Assembly: GCA_963697025.1 (NCBI GenBank)
Contig: CAVOMM010000008.1
Coordinates: forward strand, 263,741-327,740
DNA: 64,000 nt
Reading direction: 5' to 3'
From: an uncultured Alphaproteobacteria bacterium
GTDB lineage: Bacteria > Pseudomonadota > Alphaproteobacteria > Rhizobiales > Xanthobacteraceae
A program made the translations under genes and the position numbers. Below are positions 40,830 through 50,901 of this stretch, piece by piece (position 1 is the stretch's first letter; every line of letters starts with the position of its first letter). The notes under the pieces are model-generated. The model did no database searches. It was not told where the DNA came from and saw only the letters and a program-made list of their open reading frames with translations.

Positions 40830-41983
40830 CAGCTTGTCGCCCGCGCGATGCGTTCACCGATCGCGGCCGCCAGCCGCGACACCGCCGCTGCCGGCTCCAC
40901 CGCCTGGCCGCGCGAGATTTGCCACAAGCCTGCAGCGATCGAGCCGAATATCGCGACATATTGCACCGCGAGCACGGCCGGCACGCGCACGCCGACGATC
41001 ACGCTGACGAAGCCGACGAGCCGCAACAGAGAGACGGCGCCGATCATTCCCAACAGCGCCAGTGTGCGGCTTTGCCGCGTCGTCTGCGGCGGGCCGAGGA
41101 AGGCGAAGGCGAGGATGACGAAGGCGAACGGATAGAGCGGGGTGGTCAGCCGATCATGCAATTCCGACCGATATTGGTCGGGCTGCGACGCATAGAGGGT
41201 ATCGTCGGCCCGCGGCCACATCAGCTCCCAGAGGTATTTCTCGCGCACCGTATAGACGACGTTCTGCGTGGCGCCGGCGAATTGCGACAGGTCGAACGGA
41301 TAGCGGTCGAAGGTCACGATGCGTGGGTCGCGCTGCCCGGTTTCGAGCCGCTGAATGCTGCCGCCCTGCAGGACCAGGAACGATGCCTTGTCGTTCTTCA
41401 CGATCTCGCCCTGCTCGGCGAGATAGGTGGAGTGCACGTTGGGATCGCGGCGGTCGTCGACGAAAATGCCGACCAGGAGGCCGTCCGGCCGCCGGTCGGC
41501 GATGTGGAAGGTGAGATTGCCGCCTATCGTGGTGAAGCGGCCCGGCTGCACGATATTGGTGAGGATGTCGGCGCGCACCTGCGCGCCCCAGTCGCGCAAC
41601 TCGCGCAAAGCTCGGGGCGAGACATAGGCGGCAATGACCGCGACCAGGAGCGAGACGACCAGCGCCGCGGCAAGAAACGGTCGCAAAAGCCGCCACGGCG
41701 ACACGCCGGCCGCATTCATCACGATGATCTCGGAATCGGTAGCAAGCTTGTTGAGGACGTGCGCGGCCGCCATGACCAGCGCGATCGGCGCCAGCATCAT
41801 GATCAGGAGTGGCACGATCATCCCGGTGATGCCGACGAAAACAAGCAGGGTCTGGCGCTGGCTCGTGATCAGGTCGAAATCGCGCATCGCCTGCGTGAAC
41901 CAGATCACGACGGTCAGGCTGACGAGGATGATCAGGAACGCGCCCATCGTGGCGCGAAACATGTAGCCGCCGATCGACCCCAT
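40829..41983 (-). CDS. lptF: LPS export ABC transporter permease LptF
   Basis: YjgP/YjgQ family, divergent from pepA as in enterobacteria. Start ATG 41983 (MGSIGGYMF) or the track start at 42001. Confidence 0.9.
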   Translation of the reverse strand: MGSIGGYMFRATMGAFLIILVSLTVVIWFTQAMRDFDLITSQRQTLLVFVGITGMIVPLLIMMLAPIALVMAAAHVLNKLATDSEIIVMNAAGVSPWRLLRPFLAAALVVSLLVAVIAAYVSPRALRELRDWGAQVRADILTNIVQPGRFTTIGGNLTFHIADRRPDGLLVGIFVDDRRDPNVHSTYLAEQGEIVKNDKASFLVLQGGSIQRLETGQRDPRIVTFDRYPFDLSQFAGATQNVVYTVREKYLWELMWPRADDTLYASQPDQYRSELHDRLTTPLYPFAFVILAFAFLGPPQTTRQSRTLALLGMIGAVSLLRLVGFVSVIVGVRVPAVLAVQYVAIFGSIAAGLWQISRGQAVEPAAAVSRLAAAIGERIARATS

Positions 41984-42282
41984 CGGACTGAACTTCCCCA
42001 CTGACGGCCACCCGCAAGGCGGCGTCGCACCGCCGACGCCGCATCCCGAGAGCCGCTCTCCCCAACTCGGGTAATTTCATGCTTTCACAAAGTGGCTTCG
42101 CCAAGGCAAAGCTATTGAACATGCACACTAAAGCGTTAATACGCGCGTTTGATAAAGGCAGCGCATAACGGGCCTGGTTTTGGCATAAAAGGCCGCTTTG
42201 CACGGCCGCCCGGTCCGGTTCATAACTTACCGACCCCAACTGCGGCTTCCCAGGCCGCAAAGACCGAGCCAAAGGACGCTCC

Positions 42283-43776
42283 ATGGCCGCTGCCCTCAAA
42301 TTCGATTTCAACTCTTTCGCCCGACCGCACGGTGTTCTCGTTGTGTTCTGCGAAGAAAACCTCAAATTCGGCCCGGCGACGCAACGGGCACTGTCGCCGC
42401 TCGGGGATCTCGTTCGCCGGGCGGCCGCGGCCGATCGCTTTACCGGCAAGAGCGGTTCGAGCCTCGATATCGTCGCCCCATCCGGACTAAACGTTCCTCG
42501 GCTGGTGGTGGTAGGGATCGGCAAGGAAAGCGAGTTGAAATCGCGCGATATCGTCAAGCTTGGCGGCATCGCCATGGGAAAGGTGCCGACGGCCGCGGCA
42601 AGCGCCACGATCTTTGCGGAATTCGGCTCGGGCGCGCTCAAGGCCAATCAGGTCGTCGATCTGGCGTTGGGCGCCCGACTGCGCGCCTACACATTCGATC
42701 TCTACAAGACCAAGCGCAAGGAAGATGAGGAGCGGCCAAGCAAAGTCGAGCTCCATTTTGCCTGCGCCAATGCGGCGTCGGCGGAGAAGGCCTGGGCGCA
42801 GCACGCGGCGATTGCCGACGGCGTGGTGCTCGCCCGCGATCTCGTCAACGAACCGGCCAATGTGCTCTATCCGGGCGAGTTCGCGCGGCGGGCCTCGGGT
42901 CTGAGCAAGCTGGGCGTTGGCGTCGAAGTGCTCGACGTTGCCGCCATGCGCAAGCTCGGCATGGGTGCGCTGCTCGGCGTCGGCCAGGGCTCGGCGCATG
43001 AATCGAAGCTTGTCGTCATGCGCTGGAACGGCGGCAAGCGCGGCGTCGACCCGGTCGCGTTCATCGGCAAGGGCGTCTGCTTTGATTCCGGCGGTATTTC
43101 GATCAAGCCGGCTGCGAACATGGAGGACATGAAGGGCGACATGGCGGGCGCCGCCTGCGTCGTCGGCCTCATGCATTCGCTCGCGGCGCGCAAGGCCAAG
43201 GTCAATGCCGTCGGCGCCATCGGGCTCGTCGAGAACATGCCCGACGGCAAGGCGCAACGGCCGGGCGACATCGTCAAGACGATGTCCGGACAGACGATCG
43301 AAATCATCAATACCGATGCCGAAGGCCGTCTCGTCCTCGCCGACGTGCTGCATTACGTCAACAAGCGCTTCAAGCCGAAATTCATGATCAATCTGGCGAC
43401 GCTGACCGGTGCCATCATCGTCGCCTTGGGGCAGGAATATGCCGGCATGTTCTGCAACGACGATAAGCTCGCCGAGCGGCTGACCAAGGCCGGCGAGACG
43501 GTCGGGGAACGGGTATGGCGGATGCCGCTTGGCCCCGAATACGACAAGATGATCGATTCGAAATTCGCCGATATGAAGAATACCGGCGGCCGCTGGGGCG
43601 GCGCGATCACCGCGGCGCAATTGCTGCAGCGCTTCGTCAACAAGACGCCATGGGCGCATCTCGACATCGCCGGTACCGCGATGGGATCGCCGCAATCCGA
43701 TATCAACAAGAGCTGGGCGTCCGGCTGGGGCGTGCGGCTTCTCGATCGGCTGGTCGAAGAGCATTACCAGCGGTGA
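42283..43776 (+). CDS. pepA: Leucyl aminopeptidase (M17)
   Basis: [12 protein letters not shown] signature plus the [14 protein letters not shown] metal-site region. Confidence 0.95.
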   Translation: MAAALKFDFNSFARPHGVLVVFCEENLKFGPATQRALSPLGDLVRRAAAADRFTGKSGSSLDIVAPSGLNVPRLVVVGIGKESELKSRDIVKLGGIAMGKVPTAAASATIFAEFGSGALKANQVVDLALGARLRAYTFDLYKTKRKEDEERPSKVELHFACANAASAEKAWAQHAAIADGVVLARDLVNEPANVLYPGEFARRASGLSKLGVGVEVLDVAAMRKLGMGALLGVGQGSAHESKLVVMRWNGGKRGVDPVAFIGKGVCFDSGGISIKPAANMEDMKGDMAGAACVVGLMHSLAARKAKVNAVGAIGLVENMPDGKAQRPGDIVKTMSGQTIEIINTDAEGRLVLADVLHYVNKRFKPKFMINLATLTGAIIVALGQEYAGMFCNDDKLAERLTKAGETVGERVWRMPLGPEYDKMIDSKFADMKNTGGRWGGAITAAQLLQRFVNKTPWAHLDIAGTAMGSPQSDINKSWASGWGVRLLDRLVEEHYQR

Positions 43777-43785
43777 GTGCGCGCG

Positions 43786-44238
43786 ATGACCGAGATCCTC
43801 TTCTACCACCTCAAAGGTCAGACGCCGGAGCAGGTGTTGCCGGCATTGCTTGCGAAGTCACTTGAACGCGGCTGGCGGGTCGTGGTGCAGGCGTCTTCCG
43901 ACGAGCGCGTCGAGGCGCTCGATGCCCATTTGTGGACGTGGCGCGACGACGCCTTTCTGCCGCACGGAACTTGGCGTGACGCCGAAGCCGCCGAACATCC
44001 GATCGTGCTCACCGTCAATGAGGAAAATCCCAACGGTGCGACGGTCCGCTTCCTGATCGACGGCGCAAGCTTGGCCGGCGCTGCCGCAGGCTATGACCGC
44101 ATCGTGCTGCTGTTCGACGGCGAGGATCCGGACGCGGTCGAAGCGGCGCGGGCGCGCTGGAGCGAGGCCAAAGCGGCCGGCGCCGAGGTGACTTACTGGC
44201 AGGCCGATGAGAACGGCCGCTGGCGTCGCCAGGGGTGA
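43786..44238 (+). CDS. holC: DNA polymerase III subunit chi
   Basis: MTEILFYHL......LPALL.KSLERGWRVVVQ pattern and the conserved pepA-holC pairing. Confidence 0.85.
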   Translation: MTEILFYHLKGQTPEQVLPALLAKSLERGWRVVVQASSDERVEALDAHLWTWRDDAFLPHGTWRDAEAAEHPIVLTVNEENPNGATVRFLIDGASLAGAAAGYDRIVLLFDGEDPDAVEAARARWSEAKAAGAEVTYWQADENGRWRRQG

Positions 44239-44398
44239 CGCCGAACGGCTTCGAAATCAGGGCAAATAAGTCTTATATCATATTGAAATTATGTGACTTT
44301 CACGGCCTTAATCATAAGCTTCTGCGGGTGGTTCAAACGCGCGTTTTCAGCACTATATTTTTTGCTCGATCGCTAATTTGGATGCTATAGTTAGTTCC

Positions 44399-44821
44399 AT
44401 GAACAAACATTCAGTGAAAAAGAAACGGCCCGCCAAAGCGGGCACCAAACCGAGCCGGAGTGCAGCGGCGCGCAAGGCGCCGTCGCGCGCGGTCGCCGCC
44501 GTCCGAAAGCCTTCCGCGACACGCCAGTCGGCGCGAAAGCCGGAGTCGCTCAGCGCTGCGAAGATGATGCGCGTTGAGGTGGGGACCGTGACCGTCGCGC
44601 AGGTGACGGCGTTGGCTCCATCGTTGAAGACGCACAAATATCGCGTTGGCCAAACTGTCTTTTACACGTCGAGCCCGATCAGCCGGCCCGGTGCGAGCGG
44701 CAGTTACCAGGTGGTCCGGCTGTTGCCGTCCGACGGCGACGATTATCAATACCGGATCAAGAATCCCGGCGAGGCGTTCGAGCGCGTCGCCAAGGAAAGC
44801 CAGCTCGAACTCGAGCATTGA
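44399..44821 (+). CDS. Hypothetical protein with a highly basic N-terminal half
   Basis: ATG 44399 after an AT-rich intergenic region. Lys/Arg/Ala-rich N-terminus and a globular C-terminus (YRVGQTVFY...YQYRIKNPGE). Confidence 0.5.
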   Translation: MNKHSVKKKRPAKAGTKPSRSAAARKAPSRAVAAVRKPSATRQSARKPESLSAAKMMRVEVGTVTVAQVTALAPSLKTHKYRVGQTVFYTSSPISRPGASGSYQVVRLLPSDGDDYQYRIKNPGEAFERVAKESQLELEH

Positions 44822-44910
44822 CCGTTCCGGCGCACTGCTGGCGCCCTTTGCGCCGCTGCGCCATAGTCTCGCCTCGGCAAGCGGCATAATGGCGGGTTTT
44901 GGGGTGGTTG

Positions 44911-46029
44911 ATGTTCGGCGTTGATCCCGACATCGGAAGCTCGGCGTTGCGCTTGTGGGTCGCGGCCGGATCCGCGGCGCTGCTCGTTTTCATTTGCGCG
45001 CTGGCATTCGATTGGACCCGCACGCGAACGCTGGCGCGGGTCGGCGTCGTTGTTCTCGGCGCGGTGCTGGGGGCGACGCTGGCTTGGTCGTTCCTGGATG
45101 CCGCGTCGTCCCGCGACCGCAGCGCCGAGCGTCGCGCGCTTGAAGCGCGCGCGGCCGCGCTCAATGCCGAAAGTCTCGCTCCGGGTTCTCCGTTGGCTTG
45201 CTTGAACGGTTTGGCCGGCGACGATGTCGAGGCGGCTTGCGAAAAGGCGCTGTTTGCCGCGCCTTCGTCCGTGGCCAGCGCCACGTCCTATGTCGCCGCG
45301 CGTTTTGCCCTGCTGGCCGACATGGTGGCCTATACCAAGCGCGGCGGTGGCGGCATCAATAGCATGTTGCTGCCATTGCGGCGCTCGCTCGAGGCGGATC
45401 GCTTCGGCTTCGTGGCCCATACGCTCGCCGTCGCCGACCGCTGCAGCAGCGATCATTGCGAAGCGCTGGCGCTTTTGGACGATCCGAGCCAAGTGCGCGC
45501 GAATTTGAGCGGGCAAACGCTGGAGCGCTATCTCGATCATTATTTGCCGGTCTGGGCGAAGGTGCCCGATGTTCCGGTGGCTGACGCAACGTCCGCAGGC
45601 ACCCAGCCGGGCACGCCGCCGCCGCACAAATTCGTCAATATCGACTTTCCGAGCGCCGCCTCGATCCCGGCCATCAGCATCATGAATCCCGAGCCGTCGG
45701 GACCGCCGGCGGCCGCCGCCATCGCCGCTGCGACGGCCGGTGAACCGAAAACGCACGAGACGCCGGCTCACGAGGCGCTTCCTCGCGAAGCGCCTGCGTC
45801 GTCGTCGCGGCGTGCGCGAAAGCCGCCGCCGAGCCCGCCCGCGCAGGCCGCCGCTGCTGCACCTCCGGCGGCGGCCGCCGACCCGGTCTGGCAACCGCGT
45901 CGCGAGCCGAGCTCACCGCCTGCCGCGCCCCCACCGGCGGCGGCGAGTGCCGCTCCGTTGGGTCCGGTGCAGCTCAATCCATTTCAAGCGCCGCCGCAGA
46001 CGAGCGCCGGAGCCGCGCGCGCCCAATGA
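44911..46029 (+). CDS. Hypothetical membrane protein with a Pro/Ala-rich C-terminal tail
   Basis: Two predicted TM segments near the N-terminus, a Cys-containing central domain, and a low-complexity PPAAAA tail. Confidence 0.5.
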   Translation: MFGVDPDIGSSALRLWVAAGSAALLVFICALAFDWTRTRTLARVGVVVLGAVLGATLAWSFLDAASSRDRSAERRALEARAAALNAESLAPGSPLACLNGLAGDDVEAACEKALFAAPSSVASATSYVAARFALLADMVAYTKRGGGGINSMLLPLRRSLEADRFGFVAHTLAVADRCSSDHCEALALLDDPSQVRANLSGQTLERYLDHYLPVWAKVPDVPVADATSAGTQPGTPPPHKFVNIDFPSAASIPAISIMNPEPSGPPAAAAIAAATAGEPKTHETPAHEALPREAPASSSRRARKPPPSPPAQAAAAAPPAAAADPVWQPRREPSSPPAAPPPAAASAAPLGPVQLNPFQAPPQTSAGAARAQ

Positions 46030-46068
46030 GTTGAAAGCGGCCGCGTTAGGCTATCTGATGCGCCGGCC

Positions 46069-48039
46069 ATGTTCCGCTCCGTCCTCATCGCCAACCGCGG
46101 CGAAATCGCCTGCCGCATCGCGCGTACCGCCAAGCGCCTCGGGTTGCGCACGATCGCGGTCTATTCCACCGCGGACGCCGACGCGCTCCATGTGCGGTCA
46201 TGCGACGAGGCCCACTGCATCGGCGGCGCCGCGCCACGTGACAGCTATCTTTCGATCGAGAGCCTGATCGCGACGGCGCGCAAGGCCCGCGCCGAATGCA
46301 TCCATCCGGGCTACGGCTTTCTGTCCGAGAACGCCGACTTTGCCGAGGCTTGCGAAAAAGCCGGCATCGTCTTTGTCGGGCCGCCCGCGGCGGCCATTCG
46401 CGCCATGGGACTGAAGGACCGCGCTAAGACGCTCATGGAGAAGGCTGGCGTGCCGGTCGTGCCGGGGTTCCACGGCGAACGCCAGGACGCCAAATTCCTC
46501 AAGGAGAAGGCCTACGAGATCGGTTATCCGGTGCTGATCAAGCCGGTGACGGGCGGCGGCGGCCGCGGCATGCGCCGGGTCGACAAGCACGCCGATTTCG
46601 AGACTGCGCTCGAAGGCGCGATCCGCGAAAGCCAGTCGGCATTCGGCTCGGGCCGGGTTCTGATCGAAAAATTCATCGCCGCGCCGCGGCACATCGAAGT
46701 CCAGATCTTTGCCGACCGGCATGGCAATGCCATTCATCTCGGCGAACGCGACTGCTCGCTGCAGCGCCGACACCAGAAGGTGATCGAGGAAGCGCCGGCG
46801 CCGGGCATGACCGCGGAATTGCGCGCGCGGATCGGCGCAGCGGCGGTCGTGGCGGCCAAGGCGGTGGATTACCGCGGCGCCGGCACCGTCGAATTCGTTG
46901 CGGACGGCAGTGAAGGATTGCGGTCCGACGCCGTCTGGTTCATCGAAATGAATACCCGGCTGCAGGTGGAGCACCCGGTCACCGAGGCGGTCACCGGCCT
47001 CGATCTGGTCGAATGGCAATTGCGCATCGCCGCCGGCGAAAAGCTGCCGCTCCAGCAAGGGGAAGTCCGTATCGACGGCCATGCCGTCGAGGCGCGCGTC
47101 TATGCCGAGGATCCCGAGCATGGCTTCCTGCCGTCGACCGGTACGATCGTGGCGCTGGAACTGCCGCACGATATCCGCGTCGACGCGGGCGTCGAAGCCG
47201 GCGACCAAGTCACGCCCTTCTACGATCCGATGATTGCCAAGCTTATCGCGCAGGCGCCAACGCGGCAGGCCGCGCTCGACCGGCTTATGAAAGCGCTCGA
47301 CCGCACGGTGATTGCGGGCGTGCGCAACAACGTCGCCTTCCTCGCCAATTTATGCCGCGCCGACGAATTCCGCCGCGCCAATGTCGATACTGGCTTTATC
47401 GACGGCAATCTGGGGCGGCTCGGCGCCGCGCCGCAACCGCGCGACAATGCGGCCGCCGCGCTCGGTGTCGCGCATCTGCTCGACGACGCCACCTCGGACG
47501 AAGCGGCAAGCGACGACGACTCGGCGCAGGGCGAGTCACCCTGGGACAGCCGCGACGGCTTCCAGCTCGGCCGCGTGCGGTCGATTGCGATCCCGCTTGT
47601 GATCGACGGCGAGAATGTCGATGCCACCGTCACCTACGCGAAGGACGGCGCGCGCGTCGCTGTCGGAGGCGCTGAGCCGGCGACTGACGCCAGGGTATTT
47701 GCGGCGGGGCATGAGGCTTACGTCGTGCGCGGCGGCCGCCAAACCCGCGTTCAGATCCGCGATTTCGCCGCGCCGAGCGCGTCGGCGAGCGCCGGCGACG
47801 GGGTGATCAAGGCGCCGATGCACGGCAAGGTGTTGGAACTTCTCGCAAGTGTCGGCGATCGCGTCGATTTCGGTCAACGTCTTGCCGTGATCGAAGCGAT
47901 GAAGATGGAACACACGCTGCGCGCGCCGTTCGCCGGCACCGTGACGCAGGTTCCTGTGCGTAGCGGCGCCCAAGTTGTGGAAAGCGCGCCGGTCATGGTG
48001 TTAGAGCCGATCCCGGAAAGCCCGGACGACATAAAGTAG
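46069..48039 (+). CDS. Biotin-dependent acyl-CoA carboxylase alpha subunit (biotin carboxylase + BCCP; MccA/PccA-like)
   Basis: MFRSVLIANRGEIACRI, the ATP-grasp domain, and the C-terminal biotinyl-lysine motif EAMKMEH. Confidence 0.9.
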   Translation: MFRSVLIANRGEIACRIARTAKRLGLRTIAVYSTADADALHVRSCDEAHCIGGAAPRDSYLSIESLIATARKARAECIHPGYGFLSENADFAEACEKAGIVFVGPPAAAIRAMGLKDRAKTLMEKAGVPVVPGFHGERQDAKFLKEKAYEIGYPVLIKPVTGGGGRGMRRVDKHADFETALEGAIRESQSAFGSGRVLIEKFIAAPRHIEVQIFADRHGNAIHLGERDCSLQRRHQKVIEEAPAPGMTAELRARIGAAAVVAAKAVDYRGAGTVEFVADGSEGLRSDAVWFIEMNTRLQVEHPVTEAVTGLDLVEWQLRIAAGEKLPLQQGEVRIDGHAVEARVYAEDPEHGFLPSTGTIVALELPHDIRVDAGVEAGDQVTPFYDPMIAKLIAQAPTRQAALDRLMKALDRTVIAGVRNNVAFLANLCRADEFRRANVDTGFIDGNLGRLGAAPQPRDNAAAALGVAHLLDDATSDEAASDDDSAQGESPWDSRDGFQLGRVRSIAIPLVIDGENVDATVTYAKDGARVAVGGAEPATDARVFAAGHEAYVVRGGRQTRVQIRDFAAPSASASAGDGVIKAPMHGKVLELLASVGDRVDFGQRLAVIEAMKMEHTLRAPFAGTVTQVPVRSGAQVVESAPVMVLEPIPESPDDIK

Positions 48040-48043
48040 GATT

Positions 48044-48481
48044 ATGCCGCTTCACCTCATCAAGCTATGCGTCGGCTGCGACTCGGTTCGCGATCTTGAG
48101 GGCTGGATCAAGCAAAAGCTCAAGGCCAAGCGCAAAGCCGGCGAAAAACCCGAGCACATCCACCGCACCCGCATGGTGCCCAAGCGCGCCGCCGAGCTCA
48201 CCGACGGCGGTTCGCTCTATTGGGTGATCCGCGGCGAGGTCATGTGCCGGCAGCGCATTCGCGACGTGCGGCCGTTTCGCGACAAGGACGGCATCGGCCG
48301 CTGCGGTCTCGTGCTCGATCCCAAAGTGATCCTGGTCGAGCCGCGGCCTTATCGCGCATTCCAGGGCTGGCGCTACCTGGCGGCGAACGACGCCCCGCGC
48401 GACCTCGATAAGGCCGTGAAGGGCGCCGCCGCCATGCCGGAGACTATGCGCCGCGAATTGCGCGAACTCGGCCTGATGTGA
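48044..48481 (+). CDS. DUF1489 family protein
   Basis: MPLHLIKLCVGCDSVRDLEGW...GGSLYWVIRG....RQRI is typical of the family. Confidence 0.8.
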   Translation: MPLHLIKLCVGCDSVRDLEGWIKQKLKAKRKAGEKPEHIHRTRMVPKRAAELTDGGSLYWVIRGEVMCRQRIRDVRPFRDKDGIGRCGLVLDPKVILVEPRPYRAFQGWRYLAANDAPRDLDKAVKGAAAMPETMRRELRELGLM

Positions 48482-48587
48482 GCCGGCCGCCGGTCCGCGC
48501 CAGGTCCGCCAGGTCCGCCATGGCGCTCGCCAAAGCGATCACGTAAAATCCGCCCAGACCGAGATTATCCGGTTTGGAGCAATAAGA

Positions 48588-49529
48588 ATGATCATTGGCA
48601 GTGAGAAAGACGTCACCAAGGCGGTGCTCAAGGAATATGAGCGCATCAAAAATCCGCGGCTGCGCGAGATCGTGGCGGCGCTCGTCCGTCACCTGCACGA
48701 ATTCGCCCGCGAGCTGAAACTGACCGAGGAAGAATTCCAGGCCGCCGTCGCCTATATCGTCGCGCTCGGTAAGCGCACCACCGACACGCACAACGAAGCC
48801 GTACTGATGTCCGGCTCGCTCGGCTTTTCGACCCTGATCTGCCTTCTCAACAACGGCAATCGCGGCCAGACCGAGACCGACGCCAATCTGCTGGGGCCGT
48901 TCTGGCGCATGGATTCGCCGCCGACCAAGAACGGCGACACCATCATCCGCTCGCCGACGCCGGGGCCGGTGCTGTTCGTCGACGCCTGGTTCCGCGACAC
49001 CGCGGGCAAGCCGATCGTCGGCGCCGAGGTCGACATCTGGCATTCCTCGACCGAAGGTTTTTACGAGAACCAGGATCCGGTGCAGGCCGACATGAATCTG
49101 CGCGGCAAGTTTACCACCGACAAGGACGGCCATATCAGCTTTCGCAGCGTCAAGCCGGCGGGCTACCCGATCCCGATCGACGGCCCGGTCGGCGAATTGT
49201 TGCGCGCGGCGGGCCGGCACAATATGCGGCCCGCGCATCTGCACTTCCTCACCTACAAGCCGGGCTTCAAGACGCTGATCTCGCAAATCTACGATCCCGA
49301 GGACCAGAACATCGAGACCGACGTGCAGTTCGGCGTCACGCATCATCTGATCGGCAATTACCTCAAGCATGATGAACCCTGCCCGCACGCCGCCGACGTC
49401 AAGGCGCCGTGGTATTCGATCGAGCATACCTTCGTCATGGAAAGCGGCACCGCGCGCCTGCCGCGCCCGCCGATCACCGGCAAGGCGCAAGGGGAGCGGC
49501 CGGAGATCCCGCATCTCGAAGCGGTGTGA
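48588..49529 (+). CDS. Intradiol ring-cleavage dioxygenase (hydroxyquinol/catechol 1,2-dioxygenase-like)
   Basis: LGPFW, VDIWHSSTEGFYENQD, GYPIPIDGPVGELL, and RPAHLHF iron-ligand motifs. Confidence 0.85.
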   Translation: MIIGSEKDVTKAVLKEYERIKNPRLREIVAALVRHLHEFARELKLTEEEFQAAVAYIVALGKRTTDTHNEAVLMSGSLGFSTLICLLNNGNRGQTETDANLLGPFWRMDSPPTKNGDTIIRSPTPGPVLFVDAWFRDTAGKPIVGAEVDIWHSSTEGFYENQDPVQADMNLRGKFTTDKDGHISFRSVKPAGYPIPIDGPVGELLRAAGRHNMRPAHLHFLTYKPGFKTLISQIYDPEDQNIETDVQFGVTHHLIGNYLKHDEPCPHAADVKAPWYSIEHTFVMESGTARLPRPPITGKAQGERPEIPHLEAV

Positions 49530-49615
49530 GGCTCTTTCTCCCCGCGAGCTTGCACTCGGGCGCGCGCAAGCGCGACCCGGGTGGGGAGGGGAACAAATAA
49601 AAGGGGAGGACCATC

Positions 49616-50785
49616 ATGAAACGCCGAACACTGCTCAAAGGCATGGCCGCGACTGCGGCGAGCGGCATGCTCGTCCGCCGCGCGGCCGCCGACAGCGTCC
49701 TTAAGATCGGCATCAGCATGCCGATCACCGGCGCCGGCTTCAACGCGGTCGGGCGTCAGCTGCAGGCGGCGCTGAAGCTTTACATGGTGCAGCACGGCGA
49801 CACGGTCGCCGGCCGCAAGATCGAGCTGATCATCCGCGACGACGGCGGCGCCGCCGATACTGCGCACCGGCTGATCCAGGAAATGATCGTCAACGACAAG
49901 GTCGACGTGCTCGGCATCGGCATCACGCCGACCGCGCTCGCCATTGCGCCGCTGGCGACCGAGGCCAAGAAGGTGACGCTGGTGATGAGCTCCGGCGCCT
50001 CGATCACCACCGCCAAATGTCCGTATTTCGTGCGCGCCGGCTTTCTGCTCAGCCAGCAGTCGTGGATTCTCGCCGAATGGGCGGCGAAGAACGGCTCGAG
50101 CCATGTCGTCAGCCTGGTCAACGACTGGGCGCCCGGCATCGAGGCGGAGACCGCGTTCAAGACCCGCTTCACCCAGGTCGGCGGCACCATCGTCGAAGCC
50201 ATCCGGCTGCCGCTCGCCAATCCCGACTTCGCGCCGTTCCTGCAGCGCATCGCGGATCTGAAGCCGGACACCGCTTTCATTTATTTCCCCGGCACTCAGG
50301 CGCCGATCTTCGCTAAGCAATTTGCCGAGCGCGGACTTGCCAAAACCGGCATAAAAATCATCGGGCCGGGCGACCTGACCGACGACGACGGCCTCAATGC
50401 CATGGGCGATCAGATGCTCGGCATGATCACCGCCGGGCCTTACTCCGCCGCGCACAATTCGCCGCTCAACAAGACCTATGTCGCCGGCATCGAGCAGGCC
50501 GGCCACTTCCGGCCGGATTTCGTCTCGCTCGGCGGCTATGACGGCCTGCATCTGCTCTACGAGGCGCTGAAAAAGACCAACGGCAATTCCGACGGCGACG
50601 CACTGATCGCGGCGATGAAAGGCATGGCTTTCGAAAGCCCGCGGGGCCCGATCTCGATCGACGCCGCGACGCGCGACATCGTCAACAATATCTACATCCG
50701 CAAGGTCGAGAAGATCGACGGGCAGCTCTGGAACACCGAGTTCCAGACCTACCCGAACGTGAAAGACCCGATGAAGAGTGGGTGA
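49616..50785 (+). CDS. ABC transporter substrate-binding protein (LivK/branched-chain amino acid-type family)
   Basis: Tat/Sec-like signal MKRRTLLKGMAATAASG and the type I periplasmic binding fold pattern (KIGISMPITG...). Strong GGGGAGG RBS. Confidence 0.85.
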   Translation: MKRRTLLKGMAATAASGMLVRRAAADSVLKIGISMPITGAGFNAVGRQLQAALKLYMVQHGDTVAGRKIELIIRDDGGAADTAHRLIQEMIVNDKVDVLGIGITPTALAIAPLATEAKKVTLVMSSGASITTAKCPYFVRAGFLLSQQSWILAEWAAKNGSSHVVSLVNDWAPGIEAETAFKTRFTQVGGTIVEAIRLPLANPDFAPFLQRIADLKPDTAFIYFPGTQAPIFAKQFAERGLAKTGIKIIGPGDLTDDDGLNAMGDQMLGMITAGPYSAAHNSPLNKTYVAGIEQAGHFRPDFVSLGGYDGLHLLYEALKKTNGNSDGDALIAAMKGMAFESPRGPISIDAATRDIVNNIYIRKVEKIDGQLWNTEFQTYPNVKDPMKSG

Positions 50786-50858
50786 GAATCTTCCAGGGCG
50801 ATGCTCTGAGCGCCACGTCGTTTGAATCAACTTGGTCAGCCATTTGGCGCGTAGCGCA

Positions 50859-50897
50859 GCGTCGGATGATAGTCCTTCTTGGACTGTCATCCGACGC
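50859..50897. other. 17-bp-stem hairpin (GCGTCGGATGATAGTCC-TTCTT-GGACTGTCATCCGACGC) ending 4 nt before the first CRISPR repeat
   Basis: The inverted repeat has a single T/C difference, which is a G-U pair in plus-strand RNA. Followed by TTCC. Confidence 0.5.
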
Positions 50898-50901
50898 TTC
50901 C

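Noticed and set aside
40919-43809. ORFs 40919-42004 (+), 41154-42647 (-) and 42487-43809 (-)
   Set aside because: They are antisense to lptF or pepA, or span the divergent lptF/pepA intergenic region. The annotated partners have clear family signatures.
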